64,000 nucleotides of DNA from an uncultured Gammaproteobacteria bacterium (GCA_964407865.1 CAYOXC010000001.1:267978-331977), one strand, 5' to 3'; counted from the stretch's first letter, positions 48,642-57,896 are shown. Numbers and translations are program-made. The notes: a model not told the origin generated them from the letters alone.

Positions 48642-49471
48642 AATTTTATATCTTTTAAACGTTTAACAGATAGATCCAAATATTTTTTCTCCAAATCAAT
48701 ACCGACAAATTTTCTGTTATTTAATATCGCTGCCAAACCTGTCGTGGCCGAACCAGAAAATGGATCTAAAACAATATCACCCTTATCAGTGCTTGCTAAA
48801 ATAATTCTTACCAATAAATCAATTGGTTTTTGAGTTGGATGTTTACCAAATTTTTTCTCATCTTTTTTCGGTGGATAAATTGACCAGACGCTTCGCATTT
48901 GTAAATTTGGTTTTTTTATAAAATCTTCTGACCAATCACCGTTTTTCATCAAACCATAATTAAACTTGTGTTTTCCTTTTTTATCTTTCCTCGCCCAAAT
49001 CAAAGTCTCATGACTAGCGGTAAAAAAACGACAACTTAAATTAGGCGACGCGTTCGGCTTGAACCATGCGATATCGTTTAAAATATGAAATTTTTCTACC
49101 TGTAATGCAAAACCGCATTGATATATTGAATGATACGTACCGCTTATCCAAATCGTACCGCCCGGCTTTAAAACTCGCTGACATGCTTTTATCCATGAAA
49201 GGTGAAATTCAAAATCTTTTTTAACACCATTGCTTATATCCCATTTACCTTTGTTTACACTAACCATTTTTCCGCCATCACAAGTAAAACCGCCGTTAGA
49301 CAAAAGATAAGGGGGATCTGCAAAAATCATGTCGATGGAATTTTCAGGCAACTGTGCCAAGGTATTTAAGCAGTTATCACGATATAAAACAAAATCCCCT
49401 TTCTGAAAATAGGGTTTTTTTGCAATTTTTGATAAAATCTTGGTCATTTTACTCTTTGCCTTTTTGGGCAT
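48638..49471 (-). CDS. DNA methyltransferase (N4-cytosine/N6-adenine, beta class)
   Basis: 277 aa; IFADPPY (motif IV) precedes DPFSGSATTG (motif I). Confidence 0.85.
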   Translation of the reverse strand: MPKKAKSKMTKILSKIAKKPYFQKGDFVLYRDNCLNTLAQLPENSIDMIFADPPYLLSNGGFTCDGGKMVSVNKGKWDISNGVKKDFEFHLSWIKACQRVLKPGGTIWISGTYHSIYQCGFALQVEKFHILNDIAWFKPNASPNLSCRFFTASHETLIWARKDKKGKHKFNYGLMKNGDWSEDFIKKPNLQMRSVWSIYPPKKDEKKFGKHPTQKPIDLLVRIILASTDKGDIVLDPFSGSATTGLAAILNNRKFVGIDLEKKYLDLSVKRLKDIKL

Positions 49472-49581
49472 AACTTAACTAATGGTTATATTTTACCATT
49501 TTAATTATATAATCGAAAAAAGTTATCCACTATGATCAACATATAATAAATAATCAATTTTAAAACACGTACTCTCAACTA

Positions 49582-50427
49582 TTAAATCGGGCAGGTGTTT
49601 TTGCCAATGGCGGCGTATAGTCCGCACCAGCTAAATACAGCTTCAAATACAACGAAACCGGAAATAAACAAAAGCCAGGGGCTCCATAAAGTGGTAATGG
49701 CCCAAATAAGCAGGCCAATACCAATCGCCAAACGAATCATCCTGTCCGCGAACCCGATATTATGTCGCTTTTTGCGAATCGCGTTTTTGGCCAATTTTCT
49801 AAGTGCTAACCGATACAAAAATCCTGCTATAAAAGCCAAGATATACATAACAAGTATATACCCCCAGCCAAAAGGAGACTTGATTAAACTTATCGGAGAC
49901 TCTTTAAAAAAATCACGTTTTAATCTCGGAATAATCTGTAGGGCGCTAGCTATCTCTTTTCCATTAAAAGATTCAATATTGCCGACGGCAAGAGAATATT
50001 TACCTGTATTGTCAGCGCTGGAAACGATTATGATGTATTTGCCGCCGTCAACATTTGCTCTATAATCACCGCCGTCCCAATAATTACTCTGTCCAAAAAA
50101 CTCAAACATCTTTTCCCAACTGGCATTACTGCCACCAACGACATCGAGCGTCTCATCCCCCTTTCGTATTTCCGCCTGAACATCTTTTTTGGAATCCATT
50201 GCATACGGCATCAAAATACCGACATAAAGCTCAAAATTCTCCGCTGATTCAATCGTATAAACATGAGGCGAACCAATTAGTTCGCCATAATATGCTTTTG
50301 ACACCTCGGGATCAACTACCTCTGTTGCCTCACTTTCAACAAGCCTTGGCTGATGAGCAAACGCTGTATTAGCGGTGACAGCAAAAAAGGCTATCGTTAA
50401 AAAGGTAAAAAAAATAATTTTTTTCAT
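49582..50427 (-). CDS. Secreted domain fused to C-terminal DUF2892-like two-TM module
   Basis: 281 aa; signal peptide; C-terminal hydrophobic hairpin ending ...FSWCGLYAAIGKNTCPI. Confidence 0.45.
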   Translation of the reverse strand: MKKIIFFTFLTIAFFAVTANTAFAHQPRLVESEATEVVDPEVSKAYYGELIGSPHVYTIESAENFELYVGILMPYAMDSKKDVQAEIRKGDETLDVVGGSNASWEKMFEFFGQSNYWDGGDYRANVDGGKYIIIVSSADNTGKYSLAVGNIESFNGKEIASALQIIPRLKRDFFKESPISLIKSPFGWGYILVMYILAFIAGFLYRLALRKLAKNAIRKKRHNIGFADRMIRLAIGIGLLIWAITTLWSPWLLFISGFVVFEAVFSWCGLYAAIGKNTCPI

Positions 50428-50436
50428 AATAACTAT

Positions 50437-51825
50437 TTATTCCCTAATAAGCCTGTTGCCGACCAGACCATTCTTTCCCGGTTCGGCTACGGTGCCGTCT
50501 GTGTAGTTGGTTTTCACCCATTCCAAAGTGTTGGTATCAATAATTTTATAATACATCACTGCCCCCAAATCTTTCCAATCAACCACCACCATATCCCCTT
50601 CTAATTTCCAAGTATAATTAAAAGTGGTTACTGCTTGACCATTTTGAACTTTCATTATAGCCATGCCATCAGATTTGAATTGGATGGGCGCGTTGGATTT
50701 CACTTTGGTCGCCATATTAAAAGAATACCAGTTCCCGAGCAAACCTTCCTTGGTCACATTGACCTTTTCGTTACTTTTTTCCGGTTGTTCAACTTTCTTT
50801 TCCTCTTCTTTTGTTGTCTTTTCTTCCGTCTTCACTTCTATTTTTTCCGCCACGGTGGTGATTTTGGCCACTACCGCTTCCCTATCCGGTTTTTTATTCA
50901 TACCTTGTTCATCCAACCATTTATCTATATCGCCCGAGACAATTTTATCCACCGTGCTATTCTCGGCAATTTTATCTATTTTGAAACCCAATATTTCATT
51001 ATCATTTTTTAAAGATAAATACTGATCAATCACAAAGGTGCCGGCTGAAATCACACCCTCTGCGTCAGACACATCTAAAGTAGCAAAACCCATAAGCGTG
51101 GCCACCGGTTTAGACATAGTTCGCATACCGGAAAAAACCGCTGTGTATTCATTGTTGTAACCGGCAAATATATTGGCGGTGTCTTCTCCTATTTCCAAGA
51201 CTAAATCCGCTCCACTAACAATAGCCGACGCATTACTCAGTGCGGCTGCCACTCCGGTCGTCCCGCCGGTCGCAACTAGTCCGCCGACGTACAAACCGAC
51301 TTTGCAGGCGTTTTTCACCCCGCGGGCGGCATTTTCCAGATTCTCTGCCCTGTCGCCAGTCTTGTCCCAATAATCGGCAGATTTTGTTTCTTCAGCTTTG
51401 AGTAGCGCATAGGCTTCTTTGGCGCTAACCCCGAGCATGTTGGCCAAAGTTTTGATTCGTTTGCCCGGTGGCGCCGCGTCATACATTTTTTCAATGATAC
51501 TACGGTCATCGCTTTGGGCATGAGCAATAGGAATAATATTTAAAGCCACCTCTTCGGTATCATCAGCTATTTTTTCCAATTCAGTTGCTTTTTCTTCCAG
51601 TAATTTCCAACGAGAAGATAATTTTTCCATCTCTTTGAGAGCCGCCTCATAATTGAGCGAGGCCAACTCCGGCAATTTTTCAGTTTGCAAAACATTATCC
51701 GAATAAAGCACTGAAGCTTCCATAACCATTTGTTTAACATCTTTCTTGTCTCCGGTCGGATAAAATAAAATTCCAATAATAATGATGGCAACCGCGGCAA
51801 TGGCAATTTTAACAGCTTTTTTCAT
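50437..51825 (-). CDS. Membrane-anchored hypothetical protein
   Basis: 462 aa; N-terminal TM; Lys/Glu-rich linker; C-terminal beta-rich domain. Confidence 0.45.
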   Translation of the reverse strand: MKKAVKIAIAAVAIIIIGILFYPTGDKKDVKQMVMEASVLYSDNVLQTEKLPELASLNYEAALKEMEKLSSRWKLLEEKATELEKIADDTEEVALNIIPIAHAQSDDRSIIEKMYDAAPPGKRIKTLANMLGVSAKEAYALLKAEETKSADYWDKTGDRAENLENAARGVKNACKVGLYVGGLVATGGTTGVAAALSNASAIVSGADLVLEIGEDTANIFAGYNNEYTAVFSGMRTMSKPVATLMGFATLDVSDAEGVISAGTFVIDQYLSLKNDNEILGFKIDKIAENSTVDKIVSGDIDKWLDEQGMNKKPDREAVVAKITTVAEKIEVKTEEKTTKEEEKKVEQPEKSNEKVNVTKEGLLGNWYSFNMATKVKSNAPIQFKSDGMAIMKVQNGQAVTTFNYTWKLEGDMVVVDWKDLGAVMYYKIIDTNTLEWVKTNYTDGTVAEPGKNGLVGNRLIRE

Positions 51826-51850
51826 GTCTATGAATCATTTATAAAAAAAA

Positions 51851-52570
51851 TTAATAACAATCCTCGATCATCTCACTCGGAAAGCCGTATTCAGACAATT
51901 CGCACGAGATCGCTCCATTGCCATCAAATACTATCTGCCACTGGCCATCCACTTTTGTTGCCAAAAATACACCACCCGGCATACCCTCAACAAAAACAAC
52001 TCCTCCGCGGGCGTGGTTTTCTGTTTCCTTTTCTATGTTCACTGAAATTGTATCATCGTACTTCGGATATTTTTCCGCGAATAGTTCAGTCAGCTCGTCC
52101 GCTGTTGAGGCTTCCGGCACGATGAGGCCGGTACAGCGCCAGTTAATCTCGGTTTGACCGGTTTCTTCGCTCACCACGCAGGCCGGATTGCACCCCTCCT
52201 GCGTGGCATTCAGGTTTGCGTCAAACCACCATGTTTTAGAATTCGGATTGTAATACCCTGGAGAGAGCGATTCTCCGCCTTTAATACACCCCTGCTCCGC
52301 TATTACGCGAGCTTCCGCCTCAGTCATCATTGACTGGACAGTAATATTTTCCGTAAATACCTCGTCATCTGCTCTGCATTGCCTCGGATAGCTCTCCATC
52401 ACTGGATTGCCGGCGGAAACACATTCCTCAAAATTGGATACCTGTTTCACCTGCGGCGCTTCCCTACCCTCTCGCACTTTCGGCATAACAAGGAAGAAAA
52501 TAATAAAAACAGTGAGTAGAGCCGGAAGTACCACTACCAAAAAATTTTTTATTGATGGTTTTGTATCCAT
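51851..52570 (-). CDS. Membrane-anchored hypothetical protein
   Basis: 239 aa; N-terminal TM; Cys-containing ectodomain. Confidence 0.45.
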   Translation of the reverse strand: MDTKPSIKNFLVVVLPALLTVFIIFFLVMPKVREGREAPQVKQVSNFEECVSAGNPVMESYPRQCRADDEVFTENITVQSMMTEAEARVIAEQGCIKGGESLSPGYYNPNSKTWWFDANLNATQEGCNPACVVSEETGQTEINWRCTGLIVPEASTADELTELFAEKYPKYDDTISVNIEKETENHARGGVVFVEGMPGGVFLATKVDGQWQIVFDGNGAISCELSEYGFPSEMIEDCY

Positions 52571-52589
52571 ACCCAGTATATTTATTTAT

Positions 52590-52997
52590 TTATTTATTTA
52601 AAAATGTAATTGTCAACTGTAAAACCGAGGCGAATGAAACCCAAAGCAAATATGGAATATTGACAAGCGCGACCCAGCGGGCGTGAGGCCAAATGGCAAT
52701 CATAGCCCAAATGAGTGTGCCGAGAACGAGAAGGATGTCTATGGCGGCGAGCCAGTTGTTCTGCAGACCGAACTGTAGCGGAGTGAAAGCTAGATTAAAA
52801 ACAAGATTTAAAATAAAAGGCAGAAAAACCAGCCAGGTGATTTTCTTTTGCAAAACCAGAGCAAACGCCCAGCCGAAAGAAATGGCGATAAGAATATACA
52901 AAACAGTCCAAACCGGACCAAAAATCCACGACGGTGGCGCCCAGCTCGGTTTGATCAAAGTTTGATACCAGCTATATGTTGGTGTAACATTTGCCAT
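52590..52997 (-). CDS. tspO: TspO/MBR family (tryptophan-rich sensory protein)
   Basis: 135 aa; YQTLIKPSWAPPSWIFGPVWTVLY matches the TspO signature. Confidence 0.75.
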   Translation of the reverse strand: MANVTPTYSWYQTLIKPSWAPPSWIFGPVWTVLYILIAISFGWAFALVLQKKITWLVFLPFILNLVFNLAFTPLQFGLQNNWLAAIDILLVLGTLIWAMIAIWPHARWVALVNIPYLLWVSFASVLQLTITFLNK

Positions 52998-53070
52998 ATT
53001 TAGCTAAAATTTAATGAAAAACATATCTAAATTATACTACTTTTTACCCTTTAGCGTCAAAGACTATTTA

Positions 53071-53162
53071 TTGACATTTTTGTCGACAACTGCTACTGTT
53101 TACTGTTTCGTACATTTACAAAAAAATAGCCCCGGAAAGGCTATACAAAAAAGGAGAAAGAA
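53071..53162 (+). promoter_or_regulatory. Promoter/5'UTR cassette copy 1
   Basis: TTGACA at 53071; 17-nt spacer; TACTGT; ACTGTTT ACTGTTT direct repeat; UTR hairpin ATAGCC-ccggaaa-GGCTAT; AAGGAG RBS. Repeated at 54339 and 55659. Confidence 0.5.
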
Positions 53163-54074
53163 ATGTATGTAGCGAGCACAAAAGATGTCCTGGCAGATAT
53201 CGCCAGGAGTATATGGAAAGATTTTTTAAGACCGCTCTTAATTTTTCTTGTCAAAGCATTTGCTGTTTGTCTCGCACTTTGCATCATCGCCTATATCGTC
53301 ATGCTCTTTATGGCTCATTCAGCCATCAAAAAAATGACCGATCCGGATAATACGGAATTCCAAACTTTTGCTAGCGCGATACCACTATTCTGCACTGCAA
53401 AAGAAATTGAAGAAAACGAAGAAGAATTCGCTCTGTTGGCTGACTTTGCCAACGATGTTGAAAGGAAAAAAAATAAATGCACCAATTCGCTTGGTGACGC
53501 CTGGGACTGCGCTTCCGAAGCATGGTCGGCACTTGACGACACTGGAACATACAAGAAAGCCTATCAGAAAGGCAAACGGTTAAACCGGGCAAGAAAGAAA
53601 GTCAAAGGCATAATCGAGCGGACTGTCAAACGTATAAAGGCGATTGAGCCATATGACGAAAACAGCGCCGAGCTGAAAAAAGATGCTCTCTCGCTTGCCG
53701 TCTATATAAACAATAATGCAAACGCATGGGATGTGGCAATAAACAGTGAACGTATTGTAAATGAAATTGGACGACGTGGCGATAAAATCTTTGAAAAAGA
53801 TAATTTGAAAAAAATTTCCAAACATATTTGGGATAAATACCCCCAATCTATCGTCCTGATTTTCGACCCTGTTTACAAAATATTCGCTGACGAGGATAGT
53901 CTCAAAGAAGCAGCGTGGCGTTCAAAGACATTCCGCGAAGCGATGAGTGACGACGGCTGTCTTACCAACATATATACTGACAATATCGCTCCGGCTAGAT
54001 TTGTCGGCTTTGCTGCACTGATGGGAATGATGCAAAAAGATGAGCCGACAGAAGAAGCTGACGATACCGAATAA
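53163..54074 (+). CDS. Membrane-anchored hypothetical protein, paralog A
   Basis: 303 aa; TM anchor; shares DPDN, CTNS, RTVKRI.AIE.YDEN.A.LK.D..SLA.Y.NNN and RSKTFR blocks with 54431-55321. Confidence 0.6.
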   Translation: MYVASTKDVLADIARSIWKDFLRPLLIFLVKAFAVCLALCIIAYIVMLFMAHSAIKKMTDPDNTEFQTFASAIPLFCTAKEIEENEEEFALLADFANDVERKKNKCTNSLGDAWDCASEAWSALDDTGTYKKAYQKGKRLNRARKKVKGIIERTVKRIKAIEPYDENSAELKKDALSLAVYINNNANAWDVAINSERIVNEIGRRGDKIFEKDNLKKISKHIWDKYPQSIVLIFDPVYKIFADEDSLKEAAWRSKTFREAMSDDGCLTNIYTDNIAPARFVGFAALMGMMQKDEPTEEADDTE

Positions 54075-54104
54075 TCTTTCTTTCCTCTTGCCTATTCTAG
54101 GCCA

Positions 54105-54172
54105 CCCCGCACAACAACGCGGGGCCCAGCCCCGCACAGACGCTTGCGTATTGTGCGGGGTTTTTCTTTTTA
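54105..54172 (+). terminator. Tandem-hairpin rho-independent terminator after paralog A
   Basis: CCCCGC-acaacaac-GCGGGG then CCCCGCACA...TGTGCGGGG followed by TTTTTCTTTTT. Confidence 0.6.
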
Positions 54173-54204
54173 ATTGCGTAATCCGATTAATCTATACGTG
54201 ATTG

Positions 54205-54338
54205 CCGGTAGAATATCTGGAGAACTCTATCGGGCCTGCCCGGTAAAATATCTGGAGAACTCTATCGGGCCTGCCCAGTAGAATCTTTGGAGAGCTCTAT
54301 CGGGCCTGCCCGGTAGAAGCCGAAGGCGTTCTACCGGG
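54205..54338. repeat. 35-bp tandem direct repeat x3, closed by a 30-bp palindrome
   Basis: Unit CCGGTAGAATATCTGGAGAACTCTATCGGGCCTGC, 3 slightly variant copies. Ends with CCCGGTAGAAgccgaaggcgTTCTACCGGG immediately before TTGACA. Confidence 0.85.
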
Positions 54339-54430
54339 TTGACATTTACCTGCATAACTGCTAATGTTTACTGTTTCGTTCATTTACAAAAAAATAGCCC
54401 CGGAAAGGCTATACAAAAAAGGAGAAAGAA
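54339..54430 (+). promoter_or_regulatory. Promoter/5'UTR cassette copy 2
   Basis: About 95% identical to 53071-53162. Confidence 0.5.
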
Positions 54431-55321
54431 TTGAATACCGACAACAAACAAATTGATTCACCATATTCAGTGTGGCCTGGATTAAAAAAAGCTCTCAAAG
54501 TAATATTTCTTCTATTTTCTATAATTGTCATTGGTGCACTAATATGTATATATATTGTCACCGATAAGCTGGTACACAAATTGATCGATCCCGATAATCA
54601 CGAAATAGAGTTGATAGCCAGCATGATGCCACTGTGGTGTAGTGTCTATGAATTTCAAGAACATGCTGATGAATATGAAGAATTCGCTAATTTTATAGAT
54701 GAAGCATTACAAAAGAAGGATGAATGCACTAATTCGCCCCTCGGCAGCATTAAATGTGCAAAACAATTGTACGGAACACTTAAAAATCCCGAATCCTATT
54801 TTCGTGGAATTCAAAAAGGTTCGCAGCTATATCAGGCACATAATGAATTCAAGAGTCTTGCTTCACGAACAGTAAAAAGAATTGAAGCAATTGAAACCTA
54901 CGACGAAAATACTGCCAAACTAAAACAAGATTTGGTTTCATTGGCCAGGTACGTTAACAACAACCTAAACATTGTCTCTTTGGTTACCAAATCGGATGAA
55001 ATTCTTGAAGGAATAGAGGAACGTGCGATAATTCTAGGAAATGACGAGCAGCTAATAGATAATATTATAGTGAATACTATGGATAAGTATTATCCTGAAA
55101 TCTTTATAGTACTCCATCCGTTGGTTAGTAAAATTTCCTTTGCTATAATAGTCAACCACGATGAGTTTAATGATGTTAAACTTGAACGCTTATTTGTGCG
55201 CTCTAAAACATTCAGAGATGAGTGGAACCACGGCTGCATCACTAAGATGACATGGCCGGCTGAAAAAAGAAATGTTCGATCACTAATCGAACACATTGTT
55301 CACACCGTAGATAATTGGTAG
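54431..55321 (+). CDS. Membrane-anchored hypothetical protein, paralog B
   Basis: 296 aa from a TTG start at the same spacing from the RBS as the ATG of paralog A. Confidence 0.6.
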   Translation: MNTDNKQIDSPYSVWPGLKKALKVIFLLFSIIVIGALICIYIVTDKLVHKLIDPDNHEIELIASMMPLWCSVYEFQEHADEYEEFANFIDEALQKKDECTNSPLGSIKCAKQLYGTLKNPESYFRGIQKGSQLYQAHNEFKSLASRTVKRIEAIETYDENTAKLKQDLVSLARYVNNNLNIVSLVTKSDEILEGIEERAIILGNDEQLIDNIIVNTMDKYYPEIFIVLHPLVSKISFAIIVNHDEFNDVKLERLFVRSKTFRDEWNHGCITKMTWPAEKRNVRSLIEHIVHTVDNW

Positions 55322-55354
55322 TACCTTTCCTCGGCCACATACTGATCATATCTC

Positions 55355-55421
55355 CCCGCACAACAATGCGGGGCCCAGCCCCGCACAGACGCTTGCGTAT
55401 TGTGCGGGGTTTTTCTTTTTA
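55355..55421 (+). terminator. Tandem-hairpin terminator after paralog B
   Basis: Nearly identical to 54105-54172. Confidence 0.6.
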
Positions 55422-55453
55422 ATTGCGTAATCCGATTAATCTATACGTGATTG

Positions 55454-55657
55454 CCGGTAGAATATCTGGAGAACTCTATCGGGCCTGCCCGGTAAAATAT
55501 CTGGAGAACTCTATCGAGCCTGCCCAGTAGAATCTTTGGAGAACTCTATCGGGTCTGCCCGGTAGAATATCTGGAGAACTCTATCAGGCCTGCCCGGTAG
55601 AATCTTTGGAGAGCTCTATCGGGCCTGCCCGGTAGAAGCCGAAGGCGTTCTACCGGG
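55454..55657. repeat. 35-bp tandem direct repeat x5, closed by the same 30-bp palindrome
   Basis: Same unit as 54205-54338 with five copies; copy number differs between the two loci. Confidence 0.85.
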
Positions 55658-55658
55658 A

Positions 55659-55746
55659 TTGACATTTACCTGCATAACTGCTACTGTTTACTGTTTCGTT
55701 CATTTACAAAAAATGGCCCCGGAAAGGCTGTAACAAGGAGCGAGAA
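55659..55746 (+). promoter_or_regulatory. Promoter/5'UTR cassette copy 3
   Basis: TTGACATTTACCTGCATAACTGCTACTGTTTACTGTTTCGTTCATTTACA...GGCCCCGGAAAGGC. Confidence 0.5.
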
Positions 55747-56601
55747 ATGAAAAATGAAAACAAGTCAAAAAAATCCCCCAGTCAGCTTTTTTGGTGGCCA
55801 ATCTGTCTTGTGGTTATTGTGCTCAGCGCCGTCCTTATTTCTACCGATACTTCGGCGCAAGAGCAGGTGACAAAATTCCGTAATCCGGATGCGAAATTGG
55901 AAAATTGCTTTGAAATCGGTTTTGATTTTGACAAAGGCATCTACATGAACTGGACCGGCAAGGCCGAGGTGAGATACAAGCAATTCGAAAACAAACTGAA
56001 ACGATATGTACGGCACAACAAGGACGACGAAGAAGCCGCCGAAATGCTAAAATTCCTACAAGAGGAAGTCGGACCGATTATGCCCGACTATTTCAATGGA
56101 GACTACGACGCGCGAGTAAAGATCAACAATATTGCCGAGAAGGATAAGAAGAAAAAAGAATGGCTTGAGGGCTCAATCGGTGGCAAGGCAATGACCAAGA
56201 AAAAAGGCGCGGTCAGCCGCGTCCGAGGATACCAATTCCTGAAAGTCTATGATGAAAAAGCTGTGAGCAAGGGGTATGCTAAAGCAAATATTCAAATCCC
56301 TCACGATGTGGAAGCTCTCGGACTGAAACTGTTTACTCTTGACGTAAACGCTGCCGGAGGCAGTGCCTCTGATACGATCACGATTTACAACCGACCGGAC
56401 GGCAAGCCACAGGCTGAAGTCAAAGCCGGCGCGAAAATGTGGGCGCTCGACGGCACCGATGGTTGGATGCGCGTCACCTACGTTGACGACAAGGGAGACC
56501 TTGTCTGGGGCTACGTGCTCGGCCCGAAAATTCAAAAAAAAGTTGAGGAGCTCTCTGGCCAGCCCGTTCCAAAAAGAGAAAAGGGTAAGAAGAAATTTTA
56601 A
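55747..56601 (+). CDS. Membrane-anchored protein with C-terminal SH3b-like domain
   Basis: 284 aa; TM anchor; C-terminal ITIYNRPDGKPQAEVKAGAKMWALDGTDGWMRVTYVDDKGDLVWGYV resembles bacterial SH3 domains. Confidence 0.55.
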   Translation: MKNENKSKKSPSQLFWWPICLVVIVLSAVLISTDTSAQEQVTKFRNPDAKLENCFEIGFDFDKGIYMNWTGKAEVRYKQFENKLKRYVRHNKDDEEAAEMLKFLQEEVGPIMPDYFNGDYDARVKINNIAEKDKKKKEWLEGSIGGKAMTKKKGAVSRVRGYQFLKVYDEKAVSKGYAKANIQIPHDVEALGLKLFTLDVNAAGGSASDTITIYNRPDGKPQAEVKAGAKMWALDGTDGWMRVTYVDDKGDLVWGYVLGPKIQKKVEELSGQPVPKREKGKKKF

Positions 56602-56630
56602 CAAATAACAGCCGAAAAGGAGGCAAAAAA

Positions 56631-56915
56631 ATGGGTGCACGAACTGTTCGAAACACTTGTTCTTCATGTGATGGTAGTGGAAAGACATGGAGCAGTGAAA
56701 GGTGCTCCAGCTGTGACGGCAAAGGTTGGGTCAGTGGAATATTTGGTGGTGAAAAAGTCTGTTCCCGTTGTGACGGCGACGGCAACATCAGCAGGCACAA
56801 CGTTACCTGTTCCAGTTGTAACGGCAAAGGCTACAGCGTCTCGGTAGAAGAAGAGAGTGAACAGCCAAGGCGTAACCGACGTGGCGAGTACGTATGGGAT
56901 AGAGACGACGACTAA
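56631..56915 (+). CDS. Stand-alone DnaJ-type zinc-finger mini-protein (4x CxxCxGxG)
   Basis: 94 aa with CSSCDGSGK, CSSCDGKGW, CSRCDGDGN, CSSCNGKGY and an acidic tail; AAGGAGG RBS. Confidence 0.6.
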   Translation: MGARTVRNTCSSCDGSGKTWSSERCSSCDGKGWVSGIFGGEKVCSRCDGDGNISRHNVTCSSCNGKGYSVSVEEESEQPRRNRRGEYVWDRDDD

Positions 56916-57211
56916 CATTTCTCCGCTTTGCACTTTCCTTTTTATCCGTTCTGGATAAACTAACCCCGCGCTATACGCGGGGATTTTTTTATAACAATCA
57001 TGTTAATAAAAAATAAATTATTTACAATCTCGTTTTCTAAATAGTTCATTTAACAACTGGGCGGTCAGAAAATGACAGGAGCAACGAGATCAATCTGCAA
57101 CTACTCACTCATACCCTGTTCATTCCGAATAAAGCCCATATAAATCAATGCTTGGTTTTATATTTATAAAAAGGACTTTCGCTAAAAATTAAGTAAAAAT
57201 TCTGTCGGATA

Positions 57212-57240
57212 TTGACTAAATTAATTTTTTCATCTATACT
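57212..57240 (+). promoter_or_regulatory. Sigma70-like promoter of the first small CxxC gene
   Basis: TTGACT-17 nt-TATACT. The 5'UTR at 57270-57288 carries TCTACCGG-aacaa-CCGGTA, the same half-site found in the 35-bp repeats. Confidence 0.5.
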
Positions 57241-57311
57241 TTGCATTCAGTTCTTTCTAAAATAGTAGATCTACCGGAACAACCGGTACACTCACAAAAG
57301 CGGAGGCTGGA

Positions 57312-57536
57312 ATGTTGGCGCAGAAACAAGTTAAGAAACGCGAACTGAAAAAAGAAGAGTTTCACATTATCTGCGAAAGTTGTGGCATGATACAATATTT
57401 CAACGCAACAAGCGAACTGGCGGCAAAAATCACAGCGCAAAATAATCACGTGGTGTATTGCGAACGCCACAGATCCCGGTGTGTTTCCCCAAAAATGAAA
57501 ATGACACGTCCTAACGGGACTACTGTCTACATTTAG
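57312..57536 (+). CDS. Small CxxC protein, paralog 1
   Basis: 74 aa; FHIICESCG...A..I....H..YCERHRSRC. Confidence 0.5.
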   Translation: MLAQKQVKKRELKKEEFHIICESCGMIQYFNATSELAAKITAQNNHVVYCERHRSRCVSPKMKMTRPNGTTVYI

Positions 57537-57680
57537 CCTTCCGAACTACCAAACCCTGCCACAAGCAGGGTTTTATCATACACGATTACGCGACAAGCTA
57601 ATTAGGGATATAATCGGGTTGACAATCACATATTTCCACGCTAAGGTACGGGCGGTTCTTTTTAAATAAGGGAGGTAATA

Positions 57681-57896
57681 ATGGCATCAAAATGGAGATC
57701 TGCGCCAAAAAAAGATACATTGGCGAAAAATAATATTATTGTTTACAATTTCTTCTGTTCGCAGTGTGAATTTGCTACCACAGTGGAAGCTTTAAATCTG
57801 CAAGAAGCGCTGGGGGAATCATTCAGAAAACACCATAATCACCACAACCAGGAAGGCAGCAGTTGTGAGGGCAAATACTACGAAATTTTTGATTGA
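57681..57896 (+). CDS. Small CxxC protein, paralog 2
   Basis: 71 aa; YNFFCSQCEF...EA....F..HH.HH...SCEG; TTGACA promoter and AGGGAGG RBS upstream. Confidence 0.5.
   Translation: MASKWRSAPKKDTLAKNNIIVYNFFCSQCEFATTVEALNLQEALGESFRKHHNHHNQEGSSCEGKYYEIFD

Noticed and set aside
53071-53162. LexA or CIRCE operator inside the repeated paralog promoter (ACTGTTTACTGTTTCGTTCATTTACA)
   Set aside because: It contains CTGT direct repeats but no GAAC-N4-GTTC or CIRCE-type palindrome. The identity of its regulator stays open.
53315-54137. Minus-strand ORFs within paralog A
   Set aside because: Antisense to the paralog, whose frame is supported by conservation with paralog B.
54205-55657. 35-bp direct repeats considered as a CRISPR array
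   Set aside because: Repeat units abut each other with no intervening spacers. Arrays are only 3-5 units and sit immediately upstream of a promoter. No cas genes in the window.
56173-56933. Minus-strand ORFs (171, 117, 89 aa) overlapping the SH3b gene and the CxxCxGxG mini-protein
   Set aside because: Plus-strand genes carry RBSs and the repeated promoter. The antisense frames are GC-biased read-throughs of the Gly/Cys/Asp codons.
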